This document shows, one piece after another, positions 56,054 through 64,000 of a DNA stretch of 64,000 bases. Each line of letters opens with the position of its first letter. The first letter of the stretch is position 1. Position numbers and translations under genes: made by a program. The notes beneath the pieces were generated by a model. That model was not told where the DNA came from. It saw only the letters and a program-made list of their open reading frames with translations, and did not search any database. This stretch comes from a virus: IMG/VR virus record IMGVR_UViG_3300012953_006207, positions 16,697 to 80,696 of that record. One strand, written 5' to 3'.

Positions 56054-56695
56054 TTATCTAAGCCACTTACCGTAGTATATTTTCCTAAGGTGAAGCCTCA
56101 TTTCTGTTTCAACGTTATTCTGCCAAGTCTGACTAAGCCTTGGAGAGTTTAAGTCGTAAGGCTGTAATTTATACCAAGCGTTCTCTTTTATGCTTTCGCG
56201 CACAGCTTTATAATGATAAGGGAGAGCACTTGAAGGGTCTTTTTCATGATGCTTAACGGTTGCATCTATCATTTTATACATTGTGTTTAATGTATTTGCG
56301 TCGAAGTGGATAAACCTAATCCTAGAGGGTACGCATTCAGGGAGACCGTTCGGATTCCAAGTCTGTTCCATTGGAGGACGGGGAGTAGGCACTCTATAAA
56401 CTCTGGTCACGTAATTAGTTTCATATCTTCCATTATCGGGGCCGGGAATAGCTATAGTTCTTTTAATCTCCCTGTAAGGGTAGTGGTGAAAATATATCCT
56501 TCCTCCGACTTCTAAGGTAATCCCATCGGCGCGTGGTCTCCATTCGCCATTTATTCCCATATGAATTTTAGCGTTTCTTAAAACTGTTCCGTCTTTAAAC
56601 CTAACTACTGGTATAATGTTTCCTGTGGCAAGTTCTGCATTTAGCATTGAAGAACTCAAGATGAGTATCGGTAAAGCAGTCAGGATTGTTCTCAT
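56054..56695 (-). CDS. Secreted hypothetical protein with an early-type promoter
   Basis: Signal peptide; minus-strand TTGACT-17-TACCTT ends 6 nt before the ATG. Confidence 0.7.
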   Translation of the reverse strand: MRTILTALPILILSSSMLNAELATGNIIPVVRFKDGTVLRNAKIHMGINGEWRPRADGITLEVGGRIYFHHYPYREIKRTIAIPGPDNGRYETNYVTRVYRVPTPRPPMEQTWNPNGLPECVPSRIRFIHFDANTLNTMYKMIDATVKHHEKDPSSALPYHYKAVRESIKENAWYKLQPYDLNSPRLSQTWQNNVETEMRLHLRKIYYGKWLR

Positions 56696-56817
56696 ATATA
56701 CAAGGTAATTCTTTTCTTGGAATTAGTCAACCTTAATCCAGAAAAAAAAATCTTTACTTAGTCTCACATATTGAATAGTATTTAAATCACGCGCCTTTAC
56801 GCGCAAATCATAAGATT

Positions 56818-57030
56818 ATGAAACAACTACTATTAGTTATTACAACTATCGCTCTTGTGGGCTGCTCGTCCACAATGCAACTTCCGTCTGTGACAGTCGG
56901 CGGTGCAGCTAATAAAGATGCTGTGCTGGACGCTAAGTTGGATAAGACTGGCGTAGGCGTAACTGCCCCCTTGGTATCAATTGACGTGCCTTTTCCTTCT
57001 GTGAAAGCAGCGGATAGCAAGAAGAAGTAA
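56818..57030 (+). CDS. Small lipoprotein
   Basis: ALVGC lipobox. Confidence 0.65.
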   Translation: MKQLLLVITTIALVGCSSTMQLPSVTVGGAANKDAVLDAKLDKTGVGVTAPLVSIDVPFPSVKAADSKKK

Positions 57031-57068
57031 ACCTTTAGGTTACAACATATACATTATGTGTTCTTTGC

Positions 57069-57100
57069 ACCCCCCACTAAAGTGGGGGTTTTTATTTTTT
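57069..57100 (+). terminator. Rho-independent terminator
   Basis: CCCCCACT/AGTGGGGG stem followed by a T tract. Confidence 0.7.
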
Positions 57101-57150
57101 TTCATTTAAATATTTCATTTTTTCCTACTTTTGGTGTATCTATTACACTG

Positions 57151-57657
57151 ATGAAAAAAGAGACATCTAGTGATTCGCCTATTATATCCTCCACGGAGGA
57201 ATGTATAGAGTTTTCTAATAGGCTACTTACCGCTTTCGAGACTAAAGCTCGACTTCATAACGAAGCGGGAATAAGAAAAGTCACTGTATCTAAACTCAAA
57301 GAGATATACCTACAAGCAGCTTCTACCGATACTCCTTTAGGTAAAAACATAAAGGGTTTAGCTTTCATCAACTCTTATTTAAGTTTTTTAAACTGTGTTG
57401 ATTTAAAGAATAGATTTTTAAATATGGAAGGTCTTGAGTTCGAAGAACAAGAGCATGGTGATCATGAAAAAGCTTTTGCGAAAATTGATAAAGACTTTTG
57501 TGATCTGCCAGAAGACGAGGTAACTACCGAGGAAAACCTTTCCGCAGCAAGAAAAGACTTAGAAGATTACGATTTAAACAAATCGTTTGAAAGTATAGAT
57601 GATCTTTTTATTTATACACAAAATAAACCTCTTGAATTTAATTGGGAAATAAGATGA
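57151..57657 (+). CDS. Hypothetical protein (head module)
   Basis: ATG 57151 follows a GTGTAT motif at 57134. Confidence 0.6.
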   Translation: MKKETSSDSPIISSTEECIEFSNRLLTAFETKARLHNEAGIRKVTVSKLKEIYLQAASTDTPLGKNIKGLAFINSYLSFLNCVDLKNRFLNMEGLEFEEQEHGDHEKAFAKIDKDFCDLPEDEVTTEENLSAARKDLEDYDLNKSFESIDDLFIYTQNKPLEFNWEIR

Positions 57658-59192
57658 AATATCACACTTCTTTTAGTTCTGTAGTAAAACCTTTAGTTCC
57701 TGAGTATAAGGATAAATTTCTTGCTTTAGCAAGCTTGGAGAACCTTGGGGAATTTTTACCTAATATAGATACCGATAAAAATGTCGATGTACTCCCTATC
57801 GCTTTTAATGCTTGCGTCGTGAATAGAGCCAATAAAAATGGTGACGTAATTGACGCAAACACTGCTATAGACATTTATAAAACCTTTATAAATAAGCCTA
57901 TAAATATTGAACATAACAGAGAGAAGCTAATTGGCGTAATTCTTACTGCTGGTTTTAGCGAGTTCGGGACAGATCAGCCCATCGCAGAAGAGCAAGTAGT
58001 AGATAAAAAAGAGCCATTCAACATTACTTTAGGTGGTTTAGTTTGGAAAGTCGTTAATACTGAGCTAGCTGCAAAGATAGAGGAGTCAAGCGACCCCGAA
58101 AGCGATTTATACATGAAGATTTCTGCTAGCTGGGAGCTAGGTTTTTCTGATTATGAAGTCGCTATAGTGAAAGAGGGCAACGATATAGCTGAAGCTCAAA
58201 TTGTTTCCGCCGAAAAAGACGTAGATTCACTAAAAGAATACTTAAAAGGTTTTGGAGGCTCCGGGCAGCTACAGGATGGCCGTTCTGTATACAGAAAGGT
58301 TGTAAACGACGTAGTTGCACTTGGAGTAGGTCTCACCGTTACCCCCGCTGCTGAAGTAAAAGGCTTAATAAGTAACAAAACACTTTCTGAAGAAGAGCCT
58401 TCCCAAGAAGAGTCTTCTGCTGAAATTTTAGAAAAAGTAGACAAAACTACCGATTCTGAAAGAAAACCATTAGAAAACGAAAATAAATGTTCACAATTAC
58501 AGGAAAAAACTGTAGCAAAAGATAAAGGTATTATTGTTATGAAAGAAATCAAATCAATCAATGATTTAAATGACGATAACCTCCAACAACTTTCGGCCTC
58601 TCAGGTGACTGACTTTATTGAGGAAGAGCTCAAGAAATCGTCTGAAAAGTTTGCCGAAGAGAAAAGAGAGGTTGAAACTCAGCTTCAAGCTGCCAACGAG
58701 AACCATAAGGCTCTCCAAGGTGAACATACAGAATTAAAACAGCAAGTTGATTCTCTCAACGAAGAGTTAGAAAAGCTCCGTTCGGAAGCTGCTCAGAAGT
58801 TGGCTGAAGAGAATTTTTCTCGCCGTATGTCTGTGTTAGACGACACTTATTCGCTCACCGATGGTGATCGTGAAGTTATCGCTGCTGACGTTAAAGACAT
58901 GAGCGACGAAGATTTTGAAGCTTACGCTAAGAAACTTGAAGTTCTCTTAAGTGCTAAGAACAAAGAGGTTATTGCTAAGCAAGCTGAAGAGGTTGCTAAG
59001 CAAGAGCAAGTTGAATTAACCGCTTCCGAAGCTGATTCCGACGAAGAAGCAGAAGAGGTTGTTGAAGACGCTATTTCTCAGGCTGAGACAGATTCGCAGG
59101 AAATTCCTGCTTCAGTGGAAGCATCTGAGCAGACTGTGTACCAAAAGTACAAACAGGCTTTTAATGTCGAAGAGTTCGACATTCAAGTTTAA
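57654..59192 (+). CDS. Prohead protease-scaffold fusion
   Basis: N.NGD, KPIN.EH, S.SWE and G.GLT..PAA (HK97-like protease pattern) followed by a long acidic coiled coil; upstream of the capsid genes. Confidence 0.7.
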   Translation: MKYHTSFSSVVKPLVPEYKDKFLALASLENLGEFLPNIDTDKNVDVLPIAFNACVVNRANKNGDVIDANTAIDIYKTFINKPINIEHNREKLIGVILTAGFSEFGTDQPIAEEQVVDKKEPFNITLGGLVWKVVNTELAAKIEESSDPESDLYMKISASWELGFSDYEVAIVKEGNDIAEAQIVSAEKDVDSLKEYLKGFGGSGQLQDGRSVYRKVVNDVVALGVGLTVTPAAEVKGLISNKTLSEEEPSQEESSAEILEKVDKTTDSERKPLENENKCSQLQEKTVAKDKGIIVMKEIKSINDLNDDNLQQLSASQVTDFIEEELKKSSEKFAEEKREVETQLQAANENHKALQGEHTELKQQVDSLNEELEKLRSEAAQKLAEENFSRRMSVLDDTYSLTDGDREVIAADVKDMSDEDFEAYAKKLEVLLSAKNKEVIAKQAEEVAKQEQVELTASEADSDEEAEEVVEDAISQAETDSQEIPASVEASEQTVYQKYKQAFNVEEFDIQV

Positions 59193-59224
59193 ATACTTAA
59201 CAACATTTAAGGAGAAAATTAAAA

Positions 59225-59776
59225 ATGGCTACTACTTTAAGACCATTTAGAGATTACGATGAGAAGGACGTAATTAACCTTTACGCCGTCTCGGGAACAT
59301 CCGATCTGAACCGGGGTCATCTTATGAAGATTCAAGGCGATGGTTGGGTCACTACCAATGAGTTAGAAATGCTCGGTAGTGTGGGCAAAGCATACGGAAA
59401 CACTGTTTCGGAGCGATATGGCGTCGCAGCTAAAGTCACCAAGGCTGGTGCTGGCGATGTGCCTATTGGCATGACGCTTATGGACGTGAAGGAAGAAGAC
59501 GAAAACGGCGAAAAGCTGAAGTTCAATCCTCGCAAAGCTGCCGAAATGGGAGTTGTTCTCAGTGGCCAAGCAGTACCTGTCGTTAGTAAGGGAGTTTTCC
59601 TTTACAGCGGTACTACTCTTGCCTCCGAGGCTCCTACTGCTGGCCAGAAGCTCTATTGTGGAGCTAACGGATTAATTACAACTGGCGTTGCTTCTAACGC
59701 TCAAGTTGGCGTCGCACTGGGCGTAAAGGACAGTGACGGATGTGTTCTTATTAGATTAGAATGCGGAGCTCACTAG
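59225..59776 (+). CDS. Capsid decoration/cement protein
   Basis: Gly-rich beta protein between scaffold and MCP; strong AAGGAG SD. Confidence 0.6.
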   Translation: MATTLRPFRDYDEKDVINLYAVSGTSDLNRGHLMKIQGDGWVTTNELEMLGSVGKAYGNTVSERYGVAAKVTKAGAGDVPIGMTLMDVKEEDENGEKLKFNPRKAAEMGVVLSGQAVPVVSKGVFLYSGTTLASEAPTAGQKLYCGANGLITTGVASNAQVGVALGVKDSDGCVLIRLECGAH

Positions 59777-59811
59777 AGCTACGATCATAGTCAAATAAGG
59801 AGGATATTATA

Positions 59812-60972
59812 ATGAAATTAACATTAAAAAATACCCCAGAACAGGTTGAGCTCATTCGCGCAATGGGTTCTAAAAACCAGATTGTAGCTCGTGAAGCAGC
59901 CGAAGCCTTTGCAGCCTTTATTGGACCAGTGGTTCAACAGGTGATTTATCAGGCTGGCACTGCTAGCGGTATCTATACTGATGCCCCATTCGATGAGGAC
60001 GACAATCCCAGCTATCCGCTCGACTTATACTACAACGAAGGTGCAAACTTCGTGACTGTGTGGAGTCAAAGTGCTGCTGGTGGTCTTCCCTCTTCTCACG
60101 TAGAAGGTCTGGAAGAAATGAAAATCAGCACTTACCGTTTGGATAGTGCGGTTTCTTTCAACAAACGTTATGCTCGTAGAGCTCGTTTGGATGTTGTTAG
60201 CAAAGCCATCGAGAGAATGGCCAACGAAGTTCTTGTTAAGCAAGAGCGTAACGCTTGGTCCGTTATCCTGAAGGCTCTTGCTGAAGGCTCCACCAAGCAA
60301 GGTGACGGCACTAGCCCAATCAAGCATGTTGTGAAGGGTCCAGATAGCTCTGGTACTTTCCAATTAGCTCGTTTGAACGAAATCATGACTCGCATGAGAC
60401 GTATCAATGAGTCGTATGCTGGTGGTACTCCCGCCAATCCTTACGCTAAAGGTCTTACCGACTTGTATCTCAGCCCTGAGAGAATGGCTGATATTCGTGG
60501 TTTCGCCTACAATGCTGTTGGTGGTAACACTACTGCTGCTGGTGATGAGTACGGTGGTGCTATGACTGACCTTCCCGAGTCCGCTCGTGAAGAAATCTTC
60601 CGTAATGCTGGTGCAGCCGAAATCTTCGGCGTGGCATTGCACGAGATGAATGAGTTCGGCGTTGGCAAGAAGTACAATGCTCTGTTCAATACCTTAGCTG
60701 ATGGTGTTACTTACCTTGAGGCTGACGGTACTGGCGGAGAGACCTTCGGTGCTGCTGACGAAATCATCGTTGGCATTGACAATAGCAAGGGCTCCTTCGT
60801 GCGTCCTATCGCTCGTAATGCTGAAACTGGTAGCACTTTCCAAGCGTTGCCTGATGATCAGTACAACATCACTCGTGCCGATAAGGCTGGTTTCTACGGT
60901 GCTTTGGAAGAGGGGCGTGTCTGCCTCGACTCCCGCGCTATCGTAGGTTCCTTCCTCGACAACGATGCGTAA
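59812..60972 (+). CDS. Major capsid protein
   Basis: 386 aa, AAGGAGG SD, strongly biased codons, position after protease and decoration genes, followed by a terminator. Confidence 0.75.
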   Translation: MKLTLKNTPEQVELIRAMGSKNQIVAREAAEAFAAFIGPVVQQVIYQAGTASGIYTDAPFDEDDNPSYPLDLYYNEGANFVTVWSQSAAGGLPSSHVEGLEEMKISTYRLDSAVSFNKRYARRARLDVVSKAIERMANEVLVKQERNAWSVILKALAEGSTKQGDGTSPIKHVVKGPDSSGTFQLARLNEIMTRMRRINESYAGGTPANPYAKGLTDLYLSPERMADIRGFAYNAVGGNTTAAGDEYGGAMTDLPESAREEIFRNAGAAEIFGVALHEMNEFGVGKKYNALFNTLADGVTYLEADGTGGETFGAADEIIVGIDNSKGSFVRPIARNAETGSTFQALPDDQYNITRADKAGFYGALEEGRVCLDSRAIVGSFLDNDA

Positions 60973-60995
60973 TCGGTAAAATAACTTACCTCACA

Positions 60996-61025
60996 GACCC
61001 CCAGCTTCGGCTGGGGGTTTTTTTT
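60996..61025 (+). terminator. Rho-independent terminator after MCP
   Basis: GACCCCCAGC-TTCG-GCTGGGGGTT followed by a T tract. Confidence 0.85.
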
Positions 61026-61098
61026 ATTTATTTATTTATTTTTATTTCCCAAGGAACTTCAAATGGTGTACCTTGAAGTAAGGAAAAAGGAATATATT

Positions 61099-61500
61099 AT
61101 GCCTAAAAAGAAATCTACAAGTTCAAAGCGTAAATCTACTGCGTCTAAAGCCAAAGCTAAGAAAGTAGAGGATATGTCTCAAACTCACGGAAAAGAAGAG
61201 TTTGCACCGAGCACCCTTGATCAAGTTTGGGGAGATACTGGATTAAGTAAATACGGTACTATGGATGAAGACGAGTATGCTACTCAAGTGCGAGACATGA
61301 CTAAATCAGAGCTTTTCGCTCATGCATCCAGACAGGGGATTATTCCAATTGAGAATAGAGATCAACTAGAAAAAAGATGTATTCGTGAGTTTGTTAAGCA
61401 CACCTCAAGCTATACAAAACCGAAAGCGCAGCAGTCAAATCACCTAGCTAAAAACGAACTACCTTTAGAAATAAGAAGAATCTTAGACGAAGGTAAGTAA
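61099..61500 (+). CDS. Hypothetical protein with basic N-terminus
   Basis: AAGGA SD before MPKKKS. Confidence 0.65.
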   Translation: MPKKKSTSSKRKSTASKAKAKKVEDMSQTHGKEEFAPSTLDQVWGDTGLSKYGTMDEDEYATQVRDMTKSELFAHASRQGIIPIENRDQLEKRCIREFVKHTSSYTKPKAQQSNHLAKNELPLEIRRILDEGK

Positions 61501-61540
61501 AAAAAAAGGCTTAAAAGCCATAATAAGTGTAATATTTATT

Positions 61541-61882
61541 ATGGCTACTAGCTACAATTTCAACGTTGAGCAAGGTTCCGAGTTTTACGTAAGGCTTAAG
61601 GTAAAAGACACTAACGGAAGTGCTATTGATTTAACTAATTATAGCATTAGCGGTACAGCTAGAAATCGTTATGGTTCTACTGGCGTACTGATTGATCTTC
61701 AGCCTTCTGGCGTAGCAGGGGCATTAACCAGTGGGTTCATCGACATTCTGTTAAAAGGGGCGACTACCGCAACTTTACCAGTTGTTTCGGCTGTATACGA
61801 TGTGGAAATCTATACAGCGCAAGGATATCAAGAAAAGATAGTAAACGGGAAGTTTAACGTTTATCCAGAAGTAACGAGGTAA
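61541..61882 (+). CDS. Virion protein (BppU-like Ig fold)
   Basis: N..VEQGS.F...IDLT.Y...YDVEI...G.F.V.PEVT pattern. Confidence 0.6.
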   Translation: MATSYNFNVEQGSEFYVRLKVKDTNGSAIDLTNYSISGTARNRYGSTGVLIDLQPSGVAGALTSGFIDILLKGATTATLPVVSAVYDVEIYTAQGYQEKIVNGKFNVYPEVTR

Positions 61883-61885
61883 AAA

Positions 61886-64000
61886 GTGGCTGAAGTAGAA
61901 GTCATAGTATCTGGTAGAGCTAACGCCGAAGTCGTCACGTCAGACGATCCGACTTCTTGTATTTCCACTTTTGGCTTAAGGGGTGCTGATGGATATACAG
62001 GTCCTATTGGCCCCATTGGTCCCACTGGTCCAAGAGGAGGAGCAGGTGGAGATAGCCTGAGATGGAATTTCGATTCTTCCACTACAGACGCCAACCCCGG
62101 ACTAGGCGAACTTAGGTTCAATAATTCTACGTTCAGTTCAGTAACTGAACTTTATTTAAGCGTTTATGATTCTAGTAACACTTTTGTAAAAGAATGGGTA
62201 ATTGCATTAGACGATAACTACTCAGACCTTAGCAAGCCTAGATTAAAAATTTATAAAGAAAATAGCCCAGAGAATTTTGTAACTTTTGATATTTCAGGCA
62301 CATTTACTTTCGAGTATCAATATAGAAAATTTCCTCTTGCATTTGTGGCAAGCAACGGCTCTTTCTCTGATGGAGATGGTTTAGTTGTCACTACGTCTCC
62401 TGCTGCTCCTGTGGGTCCAGTTGGGCCTATAGGAATTACAGGTACTGGGGGTGTTACAGGCTCTACAGGTCCAACTGGAAGTAGCATTACAGGAGCAACA
62501 GGAGTAACAGGCTCTGTTGGAGGAATGAGTCTTGAATATGATTTTGACTCTTCTACTTCGATGGGCGACCCCGGAAGTGGTAAATTAAGATTTAATAATA
62601 CAGCTAATAATGTGAGCGTTTCTTTAGTTAGCAAGATTGCAGTGGATGGCAATGACGCTAATGGGAATTCGGCACATGGAAGGTATGGACTGTGGACATC
62701 TTCAACTAACTCTGTACCTTCTACTCTTAAAATATTTAAAAAAGATAACCCATCTGTATTTTCCGTTTTTAAGGTTACGAGTGCTGTAAACGATACTTCG
62801 GATTATGGTGAGTTTAATGTTTCATGGGTTGAAAATTCTTCTACGTTTTCTTTTTCTGCGAGTGATAAAATAGCCATAACAAGCTCAATGGCGGGTGATG
62901 TAGGCCCCCAAGGCCCTCAAGGTGCTCAAGGTCCTCAAGGTACTCAAGGTTCTACTGGTCCTGTTGGTCCTGCTGGACCTACTGGGGCTGACAGTACTGT
63001 AGCTGGTCCTACTGGTCCTCAAGGCTCCGTTGGTTCTGCTGGAACCACTGGTCCTCAAGGTGCTGCTGGTCCTGCTGGACCTACTGGTCCTCAAGGCCCT
63101 TCTGGTTCTCAAGGTCCTGCTGGACCTACTGGGGCTGACAGCACTGTAGTTGGTCCTACTGGCTCTCAAGGTCCTGCTGGTTCTCAAGGTCCTGCTGGAC
63201 CTACTGGGGCTGACAGCACTGTAGCTGGTCCTACTGGCTCTACTGGCCCCTCTGGCTCTACTGGTCCCACTGGTTCCTCTGGACCTACTGGTTCTTCTGG
63301 CTCTACTGGTTCTACTGGTTCTACTGGTCCCACTGGCTCTACTGGCCCCTCTGGCCCTACTGGTCCGATTGGATATCGCGGGGGAACACAATACAAATTT
63401 GATACTGCTGTAGCCGATTCAGACCCCGGAAATGGGGACATCAGATTTAATCATGCTAGTTTCGGTAGCGTTTCGAAAATATTTATTGATGATGAAGATG
63501 CTGACGGTAACGACCAACAAGGGTGGTATCGAACATGGAACGATTCCTCAAGCACAATAGAAGGCGTAATAATTATTCAATCTGCTGACGGCGCAGGTAC
63601 ATCTTATGCTTCTATGCAAGTGACGGGCGTTACTGAAGCTTCAGGTTATTTCAAAATTGATGTAAACCCATTAGTGAGTTCAGCTAATCCACCATTTAGC
63701 GATGCTGAAAGGATTTCTTTAGAATTTAATAGAACTGGAGACAAAGGCTCTCAAGGTTCCCAAGGCTCTGCTGGTCCTCAAGGTCCTGCTGGGCCTCAAG
63801 GTCCTGCTGGTTCTCAAGGCCCTGCTGGTTCTGCGGGAGCTACTGGTCCTGCTGGTTCTGCGGGAGCCACTGGTCCTCAAGGTTCTGCTGGTCCTCAAGG
63901 TCCTGCTGGTCCTCAAGGTCCTGCTGGTTCTGCGGGAGCTACTGGTTCTGCGGGAGCTACTGGTCCTGCTGGTTCTGCGGGAGCCACTGGTCCTCAAGGT
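61886..64000 (+). CDS. Collagen-like tail/head fibre protein (3' end beyond the window)
   Basis: Open frame from GTG 61886 (absent from the ORF track because there is no stop). G-X-Y tracts ([12 protein letters not shown]) alternate with three FD.....DPG.G..RFN domains. Confidence 0.85.
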   Translation, partial: MAEVEVIVSGRANAEVVTSDDPTSCISTFGLRGADGYTGPIGPIGPTGPRGGAGGDSLRWNFDSSTTDANPGLGELRFNNSTFSSVTELYLSVYDSSNTFVKEWVIALDDNYSDLSKPRLKIYKENSPENFVTFDISGTFTFEYQYRKFPLAFVASNGSFSDGDGLVVTTSPAAPVGPVGPIGITGTGGVTGSTGPTGSSITGATGVTGSVGGMSLEYDFDSSTSMGDPGSGKLRFNNTANNVSVSLVSKIAVDGNDANGNSAHGRYGLWTSSTNSVPSTLKIFKKDNPSVFSVFKVTSAVNDTSDYGEFNVSWVENSSTFSFSASDKIAITSSMAGDVGPQGPQGAQGPQGTQGSTGPVGPAGPTGADSTVAGPTGPQGSVGSAGTTGPQGAAGPAGPTGPQGPSGSQGPAGPTGADSTVVGPTGSQGPAGSQGPAGPTGADSTVAGPTGSTGPSGSTGPTGSSGPTGSSGSTGSTGSTGPTGSTGPSGPTGPIGYRGGTQYKFDTAVADSDPGNGDIRFNHASFGSVSKIFIDDEDADGNDQQGWYRTWNDSSSTIEGVIIIQSADGAGTSYASMQVTGVTEASGYFKIDVNPLVSSANPPFSDAERISLEFNRTGDKGSQGSQGSAGPQGPAGPQGPAGSQGPAGSAGATGPAGSAGATGPQGSAGPQGPAGPQGPAGSAGATGSAGATGPAGSAGATGPQG

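Noticed and set aside
62317-63997. Minus-strand Arg/Thr/Ser-rich ORFs
   Set aside because: Antisense shadows of the + strand collagen gene
1-64000. tRNA/rRNA genes, stop-codon recoding, introns or inteins in terL and MCP
   Set aside because: No cloverleaf or T-loop pattern was seen by eye, and conserved genes are intact and of normal length in the standard code

Overview
The window is a 64-kb segment of a large tailed dsDNA bacteriophage read in the standard genetic code. A Verrucomicrobia/PVC host is inferred from a ferredoxin and a small conserved protein. It has four parts. (1) 1-12 kb and 38-45.7 kb hold two clusters of glycan synthesis and modification genes: glycosyltransferases, sulfotransferases, 2OG-Fe(II) oxygenases, methyltransferases, a DegT aminotransferase, and RmlA/RmlB plus an NRS/ER-type epimerase-reductase. 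(2) 12.7-37.8 kb is an early/accessory region of mostly small + strand genes (UvsE, Hsp20, RuvB-like AAA+, DUF932, SprT-like, SleB-like, GP88-like, ArfA-like). These are driven by about 20 copies of one sigma70-type promoter, most giving leaderless mRNAs. (3) 43.7-49 kb holds PhoH, a sigma-like factor and a C2H2-ERCC4 nuclease. (4) 49-64 kb holds terminase, portal, a tubulin/FtsZ-like protein, lysis-like membrane proteins, ferredoxin, prohead protease/scaffold, capsid genes and a collagen-like fibre that runs off the end. The most unusual sequence is non-coding and lies at 24.6-36.7 kb. It includes nine dispersed ~55-70-nt GC-rich palindromic elements that carry -35-like hexamers and fused sigma54 -24/-12 sites, a cluster of DnaA boxes, five copies of a 23-bp palindrome that replaces the -35 box, and a ~390-nt densely structured candidate ncRNA. 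All calls come from reading motifs by eye; no database search was run.
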